A DNA stretch of 64,000 nucleotides from assembly GCA_964016885.1 (NCBI GenBank), contig CAXHJY010000287.1, positions 12,786-76,785 of the forward strand, in the 5' to 3' direction. The notes under the pieces were generated by a model. That model was not told where the DNA came from. It searched no databases and saw nothing but the letters and a program-made list of their open reading frames with translations. Made by a program: the position numbers and the translations under genes. Positions within the stretch are counted from its first letter, which is position 1. Each line of letters begins with the position of its first letter. This document shows, one piece after another, positions 1-17,273 of this stretch. The stretch comes from Eledone cirrhosa (taxonomy: Eukaryota).

Positions 1-1342
1 GTAGATTAGATGGAATGAAGCAAGCATAGCCGATGTGCAGCATCTGTATATCAGTCTTTGAAGATGTAGATCACACATTTTTGTAATTAATATAGTAATT
101 CTGAATAAGACAACAATTTGTATTTCTAAAACATCAATCAGAAAATTTTCTATAGAATAATTCATTGATCTATTGAAAAATAACAAAATAAATAATGTTT
201 CTTTTTCTAGGTATTTATCTGGAAATAAAAACGTTAAGATAAATAAAAATATATGAATATTCAATTGCCTCAATTGCAAAATAAATAATGTGGTAATCTT
301 TACTACAGGAATTAGAAATGTATATCTGAACAATACAATAGAGTAAAAGCCAAATATAAATAAATGTGAAAATTTGCTTATTTGCCTCTTTTTTTCTATG
401 TTATTTTCCTTTCAAATGTAGACATGATAGACCAAACCAGAGATCTTTTTGAAGAAATGTTTTGCTAAACACTTCTTAACTTAGTTTATTCAAACGTTCA
501 GTTATTTATACACTGTGTGTGTATATATATGTATATTTTTGTTTGAATATGTATATGTGTATGTGTATACAATGTTTTTATGTACGCATGTATATATATA
601 TATATATATATATATATGTCGGTGTTTGCGTTTCTCTGTGTGTATGTGTTAGAGGTTCTTTATATTTCCTATATGAAACAACGTTTTGGTAAGTTGCCTT
701 TGAAAGTTACTTGTCTGCTGTTGATAATGCTTATTTCAATTTTATCTTTAATTACTTGAATCTACTGACTCTATAAAGCTCAAACCCATATAAACAAACG
801 TCGTTCCTCCACGAAAACAAATAAAGCTTCAATGAGATATATATATGTAAAAACACTTCTGGAATAAACATACGCCATTTCCGATGGAACATTCTCCAGT
901 TGTTCGTTCAAAGGACCAGTCGGCTCGGAAACAAATTATAAATCATGGAGCACTCTCTACAAGCGAGTACGCATAGCATAATTTTTAAGAAGATTCAGAG
1001 CGAAACTGTGCTACAATTTGGTATTTCAGTTTGATGTACAGCCTATAGGAGGTCCATAGAAATTACTTTCCAATTATCAGGTCGACTTGAGGCTATACTA
1101 CGTCATAGATCTAAAACACAGTGGTATGGAACTCGTGAACTAATGAGTGTAAAGCGAATGTTTTAACTACTGTTTGATGCTGCCTCTGTACACATTTATA
1201 CACACGTATACACATGTATACCAACATACATACATGCATGCATGCGTATATTCTTACATATATACACACATATAATTCGAACATACATTCATGCAAACAT
1301 GCATACTTATATACCTATATACAGTCATATGTATATATATCC

Positions 1343-1460
1343 ATGCATTCACACATACATGCATTCACACATACATGCATTCACACATCCATGCATTCAC
1401 ACATACATGCATTCACACATACATGCATTCACACATACATGCATTCACACATACATGCAT
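1343..1460. repeat. 16-bp minisatellite (ATGCATTCACACATAC) x ~7
   Basis: Unit directly visible, about seven near-perfect copies; explains the His/Thr-repeat ORFs at 1214-1649. Confidence 0.9.
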
Positions 1461-1830
1461 ATATTCAAACATAAATACATACAATCAACAGACATACGGA
1501 TATTCATACATTCCTACGTACATATATCCCGACAAGGTCGCTATTACGTAGTAAAGTTTTCAAATATCAATAGGCCTCGCATAAACAATAGAACTGTAAC
1601 ATTAGAATCATTGAAGAAGACTTGTCATGGGAATATGCCAACTGAATAGGAAAATATGTTAATTCCTTGGCATATTTCTAAAAAATATTAATAATAATGA
1701 GTATAAATTGTAATTACATCTCGTGTACATGAATCTATCGTTAATGTACATTTTATAAACAAAGCTTAATCAACTTTTAAATGTACCATCTATCTATCCA
1801 TCGATCTATCTATACATCCAGACATACAAC

Positions 1831-1889
<59 letters not shown>

Positions 1890-2015
1890 TACATATACGT
1901 ATATACATGTACATATACATACGTATATAGATAGACATACATATACGTATGTACATATACATACGTATATACATAGACATACATATACGTACGTACATAC
2001 ATACATATATATGCA

Positions 2016-2054
<39 letters not shown>

Positions 2055-2345
2055 GTACATACCTACATAAATATATGCGTACGCATATACAAACATAATG
2101 TACGTATAGACAAACGATGGCTCTTAATAGCCTTATCACGTAAGAACGCCTGCGCTTTAAAAATGTACCAGCTCTTCATCATGGATTTCGTTGATGAAAA
2201 ATATACGCCAAATTTAGAAGACCAATGCACCACCTCGTTGGCCTCGACAGCACTTCAGGTTACTAAGACCAGGTTGCTAACGAGCATTTGTGAATAATAC
2301 CGCTTATGAAATTATGAGGCTGCGACGTATTAGTGTCTCAAATAT

Positions 2346-2545
2346 AATTGTTTCTACTTTAGGCACAAGGCTAGCAATTACCCAGTACATTACTGGTACT
2401 TTATTTTATCGACCCCGTAAGGATGAAAGGCAAAGTTAACCTCGGCGGGTTAACTTTGCCTTTCATCCTTACGGGGTCGATAAAATAAAGTACCAGTAAT
2501 GTACTGGGGTAATTGCTAGCCTTGTGCCAAAGTAGAAACAATTAT
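2346..2545. mobile_element. Palindromic insertion made of two inverted 3' halves of the tRNA-derived SINE (family A)
   Basis: Arms 2346-2441 and 2448-2543 are reverse complements (two 1-nt indels) around a 6-nt loop TCGGCG; both match the 3' half of the SINE at 45143 and 51921; 15-bp direct repeat TGTCTCAAATATAAT at 2334-2348 and 2546-2560. Confidence 0.9.
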
Positions 2546-2619
2546 TGTCTCAAATATAATATTGTATGGAACTATCCCCATTGTTATATTTTGCCTGTTT
2601 CTTTTAATATTACATATAA

Positions 2620-2880
2620 TCAACGTACAATGTCCGTCCATTTTCCTATATACGTAAAGACCCCATTCGGTCACGAATGACAATAGGATTTGTACCTAGA
2701 AAGCCATCCTCCGATGCGCATGTCCTTTCAAGGATGTTTGTGGAAAACCAGCAGTCACCGATGCATACCAGTCTCTTCTCTCCACGCTATCGATGTTACC
2801 CAAAGCAAAGGTTGTGGCCAATACAGCTTGGTACCAGTGACTTCACAACTCATTTCTACAGCTGAATAAACTGGAGCAAT
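2620..2880 (-). mobile_element. 3' part of an older SINE (family B-related), 5'-truncated
   Basis: Recognised by recall of octopus SINE body motifs (CAACTCATTTCTACAGCTGA..AACTGGAGCAA; CCAGCAGTC..ATGCATACCAG); no close second copy in the window. Confidence 0.55.
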
Positions 2881-3100
2881 TGTCTAAATTTGTTTCTAAT
2901 AATTATGATAAACAAAAATGTTATCTCTATTATTTTTCTACTCATCATATTTAGAAACGTATGCATTCACACAGACACATATATGTTGATAGACTTGTAG
3001 CTATCTTGGAACATACAACAAAGGCAGCAGCAACAAGAAAAGCGACAGTAATTTTTATGCGATGATTTTTAGGCTGAATTTATTCAAAGATCCGTTTATT

Positions 3101-3160
3101 CTACGTTCAAATCCGACACTGTGCGTCTTTGCCTCTCATCATTCCACAGTCGATACATAC
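3101..3160 (+). mobile_element. Degraded SINE family A fragment
   Basis: GTTCAAATCC B-box followed by CTTTGCCTCTCATC..GTCGATA, similar to 45218-45270. Confidence 0.5.
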
Positions 3161-3884
3161 CTTATAAACATAGTGTGACTGGCTGTCAGATTAATTATGA
3201 TGTAATGTATTTGAAATCAAATGTCACTGAATTTTACTTGCATTTTACACTGAATTCATCATATAAACTTTAAGTTTCATTCAACCCAATGTCCATTGGA
3301 TCACGTGCCTGAAATGTACCTAGCTTCACACATTGACAATTTTCTTTTTGTGGAAACCGTGAGTTGTATTGTTTAACCATCGTTGTGCGTATTTTGAGAA
3401 TGGTGTAATTATTGCTTTTATTTGATCGAATATCCAGAGAATACTTTCCTGATTGATTGTTGCGTTTGCTGATTTAAACCTCGTGTTAAATGTGTTAAAG
3501 ATGGTATGATATGTGGTAGTATGTACATGTGGAATTCAGGATGATGGTACGAATAAAGCTCATATATTATCATTAATCTTTAAGACGAAAATAACATTTA
3601 TAATTTACAGTTCATCAGCGACGCTTATTTCCTCTTTATCTTACTAGATAAATTATATTTATGATTTTTCGACAGTTAAACTTTAATTTATTGCCCAAGA
3701 AATGCAATCTCACCTTCGATATTTTCAGTAAACATTATTTACCATATTTTATGAGTGGCATAACATTTGAGGCAAATTTGAATCCTTCTAAATATTCGAT
3801 GTAGATAAGATTTGCAATTCAACTCCCTTATTATATTTTATGTTATTTGCCAAGAGAATTATGTTGCACCTATAAATTTTGCAG

Positions 3885-4138
3885 GCGTTTCGATGCTACG
3901 GAAGAAGCCTCAGTGGTGGCAGAGAAGGAATGAGGAAAATGTATGGTAAAGAGATAGTTTGGAGTGTGTTGGTATTTTCTGCTAATCAGCTTCATGACCT
4001 ACGTGCTGATGCCGACTATATCTCTAACTGTAGCATCATAATCGTATCAGATGTTGCGGTGGCATATATTACTTGAAATGTCTATACCGACAGCAGCTAC
4101 TCTGTTTGTGAAATGCCCTTATAAAAAATATGAATATC
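3885..4138 (+). other. Possible (pseudo)exon of a membrane-protein gene
   Basis: Acceptor TTTTGCAG ending 3884, donor GTAAGT at 4139, higher GC than flanks; hydrophobic peptide only across frameshifts; no single open frame. Confidence 0.25.
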
Positions 4139-5076
4139 GTAAGTTTGATTTTACCCCAACCTCTCCCCCACTTTTAAAATATACCTAAACATTCTATGGT
4201 AACAAAACCAATAGAAAAACAGAACGCGTTTGTCCACAGTAATCAATGCATAGGGGAAAAAATGGCATAATAGCCAATGTTGTGTAGCTAATGACTGTTA
4301 CATTTCATACCACACACTAAACACTGAAAACAGTTTATAAGAGTGAAATTCGATCCTCCCGTATTGACTTCCTGAATAAAAGTTCTTAAATGCATCAGAG
4401 CTCTGTTTTCAGGCGACGCGATTGTTAGATTGATGAAGTAATGATTGGAAGCGCATTATGTGTTATTCTTTTTCATTGTGAGAGTTAGAAACTATAAGGT
4501 AGAAACGCTGATGTCTTGTGGAGTTCATAATGGTCCTATTTGAAAGTCAACACCATTCTCTACTGCAAATAACATGGTGAAACGTTTGTGTGACTGCGAC
4601 GTTTAAAGACATCGTTTGCTTTGCACTTCTTTCGGATGTTGCTTCTAACAAAAGTTATTGTTATTTTGCCAAGGATTATGCTTAATAGAGTAGAAATACT
4701 CCAACGGGGGTTACACGTACATCTGATAATCTATGTCTACATCATATACTGCATATACTTTTTAAAGATAGTAGAGCGTGGCTACAGATTTATGTGACAT
4801 GGCTAACAAATGCCGTTGTCACGTATGACCTCTAACGTTGAATCACCTACATTCCTCAGTACATATTCATTTATTGCGCGCATACTGATTAATGATGATA
4901 TGGCGAGTCCCCGCAGTCATTCTTTGGAAGCAATATTGAATTGATGCTCAAAGGAAGACTGAAACATTTCAGTAAAATATGCATCTATAAAAACGAAATC
5001 AGTCACCATTCGTAGTTGTTCAGGATAGAACAGATATGATGAATATTTACAAACTTGAGTGATCCTCATTTAACAC

Positions 5077-5223
5077 AATTCAAATCCTGCCGAGTTTTTC
5101 TTTGCTTTTCATCCTTACGGGTCGATAAAATAAAGTACCAGTTACGCACTTGGTTCGATTTAAGCGACTTTTCCCTCCCCCAAAATTGCTGGCCTTTTGC
5201 CTATTGTAGAAATTGTTATTATT
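5077..5223 (+). mobile_element. SINE family A (long variant), 5'-truncated
   Basis: TTCAAATCCTGCCGAG..TTTCATCCTTACGGGTCGATAAAATAAAGTACCAGT..AATTGCTGGCCTT..GTAGAAA plus (TTA)n tail. Confidence 0.85.
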
Positions 5224-6245
5224 GTTAATCTTATTATCAGCCACATCATCACCAGCATAGACTTCACCATCATATGGATAATTTATTCTCTCATTCCCGG
5301 TGATATTTTGTTATTGAGATTGTAAATCACACGATTTTTTATCAATATAAGCACTTTTTTTCAATTTTTACCACATAATTCTTATTCTCTTTTCTTTAAT
5401 CGTTTTCACCCCATTACACAAAACATACGCCGATAAGTTCACACACAGATATACACATACACACATATGCACGTCCGTATGTGTGTATATAATATTGGTG
5501 ATGTACCGAAATATTATATTCACAGAAACACACGCTCATACACACTAAAAAAAAAAAGTATATATATATGTACACACACACACACACACACACGTGCATA
5601 CGTATATGTATGAGTAAAGGTATATGTGTGTGAGTATAGTGCATATATATATTACCATCAAGATACCATTTTTTTTTTAGTTTTCCACTTTTTCTACTTT
5701 TCTGTTTTTAACTTGTCTGACTTTTTCATATCATTAATCTTTCGAGTATTGTTTACAGTGTTGATAACATTTCATTCCTGCTGGGAGAATATTAAAATAA
5801 ATATAAGAAATAAATCTGTCTGAAGGCGTTAAAAGTTCAGCACATAAGTACGAAGGAAAGAAAACGGGCTAGTATAAATAAATTAGAGGATCCTTTCTCG
5901 CGATTTTTTTGTCTTTATCTTTTTATTATAAATTGAAAAGCTACTCATAAACATGAGAAATATAGTAGATCAGGGGGTTTATGTTTGCGATTGTTTATAC
6001 AGGTTTGTGTATATGTGTATTGGCTTGCTCATATGTTTGTGAGAGTGTGTATATACTGTGTGGGCGTGTGGGTTTATTGCGTGTTCGAATATGAAGAACA
6101 TTACATATATGCTGACGCAATCATAGCTATATGGGCAATAATTTCACTTCATGAAAACTTGGTTTCCATTTCTATCGCACTTCACAATATTTTGCCAATA
6201 ACATGTAAGTTCGACAGAATCAAACTTTGCTCGGGCCCTCGAATA

Positions 6246-6301
<56 letters not shown>

Positions 6302-6466
6302 AATGTCTTTCAAAGAGCTATAGCTGGAATATTTACTGTAGGATAGTGAGTTTACGATGTGTTGCACAAGTATAAAACAAGTCAGCATCTTCGACATCGG
6401 TTTTCAGAGCTGGTCTTCCTCAAACATGTTTTAACTGCCATCGTATATTTATATATATTATTTTAT

Positions 6467-6530
6467 TTTTTAACTGGTTTCAATCATCAGACTGAACTTA
6501 TATTGTTTCACGGTCTTGAAGGGATTTACT
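6467..6530 (-). mobile_element. Degraded SINE/LINE 3' tail related to the LINE tail at 61465
   Basis: TTTTAACTGGTTTCAATCAT..GACTG resembles TTTTACCTGTTTCAGCCAT..GGCTG at 61478-61503. Confidence 0.4.
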
Positions 6531-6963
6531 TATTTATATCAATACTAGAGTATACTTTTTATCGAAAAATTATATTTGTATTGGGTTAGCCACCCATGAA
6601 TATGCGAGACAAAGCATAGCGGTACGTATATATATTGCATTTGTCTATATCACTTTGCGCATGTGAGTCGGGGTGGTTATGTATGTGTTTGTGAGGGTGC
6701 ATGTGGAGGTGGAGTTGTATGCGTGTGACTATGCTAGAGGCCGCTTGCGTTTATAATTAACATGGAAGTAATTTAGGTCACTTATATATATATATATATG
6801 AATTTGGATTTAATGCTCTGAAATAGCGATATATATGTGAAGACAAACATAGAATATTCGAAAATATTCTGTATGTTTATAATAAACATTTTGAAGACCT
6901 AATCGCTATAGAATAGAATACGTCACGTATTACAATTTGAGATTCTCGATAAAAGCAAGGGAA

Positions 6964-7006
6964 GTAACCAACGCGTTTCATTCTTATTAGAAATCATCAG
7001 GATTAC
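6964..7006 (-). ncRNA. Type I hammerhead ribozyme, copy 1 (GUU triplet)
   Basis: Minus strand GTAATC-CTGATGA-T-TTCT-AATA-AGAA-T-GAAA-CGCG-TT-GGTTAC. Confidence 0.8.
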
Positions 7007-7275
7007 ATATCCAGTGCTTTTATCGAGAATGACACAGCTAGAGACTTATAGAATACTTAGCTGTGTACAGGAACTGGTTTGAAAGAGCGGTTGCCGGTCC
7101 GGCAGAAATTAGAATTTGGATTTAATGCTCTGAAATAGCGATATATATGTGAAGACAAACATAGAATATTCGAAAATATTCTGTATGTTTATAATAAACA
7201 TTTTGAAGACCTAATCGCTATAGAATAGAATACGTCACGTATTACAATTTGAGATTCTCGATAAAAGCAAGGGAA

Positions 7276-7318
7276 GTAACCTACGCGTTTCATTCTTATT
7301 AGAAATCATCAGGATTAC
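7276..7318 (-). ncRNA. Type I hammerhead ribozyme, copy 2 (GUA triplet)
   Basis: Minus strand GTAATC-CTGATGA-T-TTCT-AATA-AGAA-T-GAAA-CGCG-TA-GGTTAC; 6-bp stem I, 4-bp stem II, palindromic stem III. Confidence 0.85.
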
Positions 7319-7648
7319 ATATCCAGTGCTTTTATCGAGAATGACACAGCTAGAGACTTATAGAATACTTAGCTGTGTACAGGAACTGGTTTGAAAGAGC
7401 GGTTGCCGGTCCGGCGGAAATTAGAATTTGGATTTAATGCTCTGAAATAGCGATATATATGTGAAGACGAACAGAATATTTTCGAATATTCTATGTTTGT
7501 CTTCACATATATATCGCTATTTCAGAGCATTAAATCCAAATTCTAATTTCTGCCGGACCGGCAACCGCTCTTTCAAACCAGTTCCTGTACACAGCTAAGT
7601 TTTCTATAAGTCTCTAGCTGTGTCATTCTCGATAAAAGCACTGGATAT

Positions 7649-7691
7649 GTAATCCTGATGATTTCTAATAAGAATGAAACGCGTAGGTTAC
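7649..7691 (+). ncRNA. Type I hammerhead ribozyme, copy 3 (GUA triplet)
   Basis: Same motif on the plus strand; enclosed by a 16-bp stem ATTCTCGATAAAAGCA / TGCTTTTATCGAGAAT. Confidence 0.85.
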
Positions 7692-7813
7692 TTCCCTTGC
7701 TTTTATCGAGAATCTCAAATTGTAATACGTGACGTATTCTATTCTATAGCGATTAGGTCTTCAAAATGTTTATTATAAACATACAGAATATTTTCGAATA
7801 TTCTATGTTTGTC

Positions 7814-7859
<46 letters not shown>

Positions 7860-8057
7860 GTGTGTGTTGTGTATGTGTGTGTGTGTGTGTGTGCGTTACC
7901 GTTCAATAAATACAAACTGATATTTCAGTAGAATCTACACCAGTTAGGCATCGATACGTTGGCCCCAAACTTTGGAAAATACATTTCCCACCAATGCAAA
8001 AGTCCAATGATATGGAAGTCTATGATTCACACCAACACACATTAATACAGATAGATA

Positions 8058-8696
8058 CATTTCTTTATTAGCCACAAGGGCACAAAAGAATGGGACAAAT
8101 ACAAATGGGGAGTTTACATACAGGTATATGAAAATAAAACTATTAATAAAATAACAAATAACAATTGAAATCCCCAATAAGGGTGAGGTGTTACAGAGGG
8201 GTTGTACACACCCCGAAAAAATGTACAACCCTCATCTCCAGGAGCACCAAGAGTTAGTACTCTCTTCTTTTGTTCCTCTTTTTCCTCAACCTACAGGCTT
8301 ATATAGCGAGAAGGCCCAACCACTCGGGCCATCTTTGCCACATTCACCCACCTTTTATAAAATGTGCTGGGGTACAGCACCTCTCTCTCTATCCTGATTC
8401 TTCTTCCAAAATGATATTTGAAAAAACGAATCAGTTGCTCGCCGGAGAGTAAAGGTGTCTGATCTCAGCTCTTTTAACCTCATTCACCATATAATATTTT
8501 CCACCATAGACATAACACATAGGAAAACCGCCTCTCCCTCGTTTTTGAAGGAAGGTGGCGGTTTGATCATGACAATGGACTCTGTGGTCAACTGGATTGG
8601 TCGCACCCGCGACAATAGTCGTTCTGTATAGCCCTACAGGTCGGTAACACCCGGGCAGTGTACAAATGCGTGTGCGGCGGTTTCCTCCTCGCGCAC
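8058..8696 (-). mobile_element. 3' end of a Tx1/L1-group non-LTR retrotransposon (decayed ORF2 C-terminus plus 3' UTR)
   Basis: Minus translation EEETAAHAFVHCPGVTDL*..NIIW*MRLK..FYKRWVNV fits the second half of the ORF2 CCHC knuckle and C-terminus; stops and a frameshift; ends AATAAAGAAATG; flanked by (GATA)n. Confidence 0.7.
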
Positions 8697-9137
8697 ATAG
8701 ATAGATAGATATTTATTTACGTGTGTGATGTTGTGTGTGAGTATATATAATTTGTATAAGATGACGTAAGAGGATGTCAGAGAAGGATTAGAGGAGAAGT
8801 TAGATAAATATTGGCAAAGTGCAGTCGAAAGAACGAAAGGGCATATCGGTTAGAGACTAGGAGAAAGAGGAAGAATGTGAAAGAAACGAGAAATAGTAAA
8901 ATTGACGCATTGCTTTTGTGTGTCAGTTTGTGAGATAGAGAGATTGGAGTGTGAGAAAATTTGATGGAACAATTATTTATTCAAATATATATGTTCCAAC
9001 GTCTATTTACGCTTTAAGTAATTTATTAAGTGTTGTGTGGCCAGGATCTAAAGGGAAAGCAGTCTTTCTGAACACGAAACGAGAGAAAAGGAATATTCAA
9101 TTAATAAAATTTGCTAAAAGTATTGGCAATGGATTAC

Positions 9138-9174
<37 letters not shown>

Positions 9175-9356
9175 TATCTGTTTGTCATAATTTCGAATAC
9201 ATTTTTTTTGACAGGCCTCCTTCCTGGTGGCAATGTTGTAAAAGAAAAGAAATTGTCATCCCTTCAATCGCAAGAATGTTTTGCAAATTTTGATGTATAT
9301 ATGTGTATATGCATGTAGAAATGTATGTATGTATATATGTATGTATGTATATATAT

Positions 9357-9966
9357 GTCAGGTCACCAGTTGGTGCTACTGGTAACATGTATCCCAGTAC
9401 AACCTGTCTCATGGTCGGGTCGTTGGCGACTAAACTGGCAACCCCACCAAGGTTTCTTGGTGAGGAGGGTGACTTTGGACATCCTGCAGGACTAAAAACA
9501 AAACCTGTCAAAGGGCAAGGGAGCTCTTAAGACTCAATAGCCATCCAAAATCACCGGGAGAGATGACCCCTTAGCCTTTGTCAAGGCAGAATTCTAGGAG
9601 AAGGAAAACTCTGATATAACACCTGCAACCCTGATGGTATCCAATGATGTTGACTTGTTCTTCTTTTTGGTAAATATCATCTTGGTTAAGAGAGTGGGAC
9701 TGGCTTTGTGCAGTGCCTTTGCTCACTATAAAAGCTTCACAGCACAGGCATTGCTTTATATCTGGAGATCTCTCTGCACTTGTCATCACATGGTATCATG
9801 GGCCCTGCACTATGTGTCAATAATGGTCACAAGTGTAGTCTTTGTACCAGAGTTTTCAAGTCGCTGGCTGGACTAAAAAGTCACACTCGTTCAGCGCATC
9901 GGTAGGGGTTCTCCTACATGGATATAAAGTAGTGGCCGTACTCGAAAACGAGTTGGCAGCCACCAT
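9357..9966 (+). mobile_element. Non-autonomous bipartite RTE-derived element, copy 1 (full length, 610 bp)
   Basis: Six copies in the window with a common 3' end (CTCGAAAACGAGTTGGCAGCCACCAT) and variable 5' ends; RTE-like 5' UTR motif CTAGGAGAAGGAAAACTCTGA; 3' part encodes a terminal C2H2 finger. Confidence 0.8.
9798..9905 (+). other. 35-aa micro-ORF with a single C2H2 zinc finger ([35 protein letters not shown])
   Basis: Direct translation: C-x2-C-x3-F-x5-L-x2-H-x4-H; probably the retained C-terminus of the parental RTE ORF; expression unknown. Confidence 0.6.
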
Positions 9967-11510
<1,544 letters not shown>

Positions 11511-11970
11511 ATAACTTTGAATAACTTTGAAATGTTTTGGCCAGTATTGGCCCAGGCCATGTCTAACTTAATAGCACCACCTGGCGAAGTCTTTCAATTC
11601 AGGATTTGGGCACCATGGCCCATTCGAGAAGAGAATTACTGTTTGCGGAGACATATCCGGATGTGGGTGGTTTGTCCGGGATTACTTCGAGGAATTTGTC
11701 CAAAGACTTCTTGAATTTTGTGTGGTCAGTTTCTGTTTTGACGTGTCCTGGTGTGATGTTGAAGAGAGCAGGGCCGATTGAGGTGAAATAATTGTGCCGT
11801 ATTGTTGTTATGAGTTGCGATTTAGATTTTTGAATGGGACGGATAGCACGGGGCCCAAGCCTTGGGTGTATCTTGAAGGCGATGCCAACATCATTTGGGC
11901 AGTGATGATGGAACATTTTCCACATCATGCAGATAATATAACACTCACGGCGACGTTGGAGTGAGTAAAG
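11511..11970 (-). mobile_element. 3' fragment of a CR1/L2-group LINE (second family)
   Basis: [47 protein letters not shown] aligns with the C-terminus of the ORF at 61540-63240; tail (TCAAAGTTAT)x2; microsatellite on both sides. Confidence 0.9.
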
Positions 11971-16044
<4,074 letters not shown>

Positions 16045-16453
16045 CGGAAGAGATGACCCCTTAGCCTTTGTCAAGGCAGAATTCTAGGAGAAGGAAAACT
16101 CTGATATAACACCTGCAGCCCTGATGGTATCCAATGATGTTGACTCGTTCTTCTTTTTGGTAAATATCATCTTGGTTAAGAGAGTGGGATTGGCTTTGTG
16201 CAGTGCCTTTGCTCACTATAAAAGCTTCACGGCACAGGCATTGCTTTATATCTGGAGATCTCTCTGCACTTGTCGTCACCTGGTACCATGGGCCCTGCAC
16301 TGTGTCAATAATTGTCATAAGTGTAGTGTTTGTACCAGAGTTTTCAAGTCGCTGGCTGGACTTAAAATCACACTCGTTCAGCGCATCGGTAGGGGTTCTC
16401 CTACATGGATATAAAGTAGTGTCCGTACTCGAAAACGAGTTGGCAGCCACCAT
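16045..16453 (+). mobile_element. RTE-derived element, copy 2 (5'-truncated)
   Basis: Matches 9554-9966; small deletions break the zinc-finger frame. Confidence 0.9.
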
Positions 16454-16728
16454 GTATATATATATATATGTATGTATGTATATATATATGTATGTATATA
16501 TGTATGTATGTATATATGTATGTATGTATATATGTATGTATGTATATGTATGTATATGTATGTATATATGTATGTATATATATATATATGTATGTATATA
16601 TATATGTATGTATATATATATGTATGTATATATATATGTATGTATATATATATCTATGTATATATATATATGTATGTATATATATATGTATGTATATATA
16701 TATATGTATGTATATATATATATGTATC

Positions 16729-16767
<39 letters not shown>

Positions 16768-16772
16768 GCATG

Positions 16773-16869
<97 letters not shown>

Positions 16870-16874
16870 GCATG

Positions 16875-16911
<37 letters not shown>

Positions 16912-16934
16912 CTATGTATATATATGTATGCATG

Positions 16935-16965
<31 letters not shown>

Positions 16966-17146
16966 GTATATATGTATGTATGTATATATATGTATGTATG
17001 TATATATGTATGTATGTATATATGTATGTATGTATGTATATATATATGTATGTATATATGTATGTATATGTATGTATATGTATATATGTATATATGTATA
17101 TATGTATGTATATGTATATATATGTATATGTATATATATATATATG

Positions 17147-17182
<36 letters not shown>

Positions 17183-17228
17183 TGTATGTATGTATGTATG
17201 TATGTATGTATGTATGTATATATGTATG

Positions 17229-17260
<32 letters not shown>

Positions 17261-17273
17261 TGTATATATATAT
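16454..17273. repeat. (TATG)/(TA) microsatellite
   Basis: Direct inspection. Confidence 0.97.

Larger units (their letters stand above)
6800..7817. mobile_element. 312-bp hammerhead-containing repeat (non-LTR retrozyme-like): ~2.15 direct units plus ~1.1 inverted units, inserted in (TA)n
   Basis: Unit starts at 6800, 7112 and 7424 (period 312, nearly identical); inversion junction at ~7469-7471; inverted arm 7471-7817; (TA)n on both flanks; no ORF; one hammerhead per unit. Confidence 0.9.

Noticed and set aside
9571-9876. 70-110 aa ORFs recurring in each RTE-derived copy
   Set aside because: They recur only because the element is repeated; they span UTR-derived sequence and show no domain.
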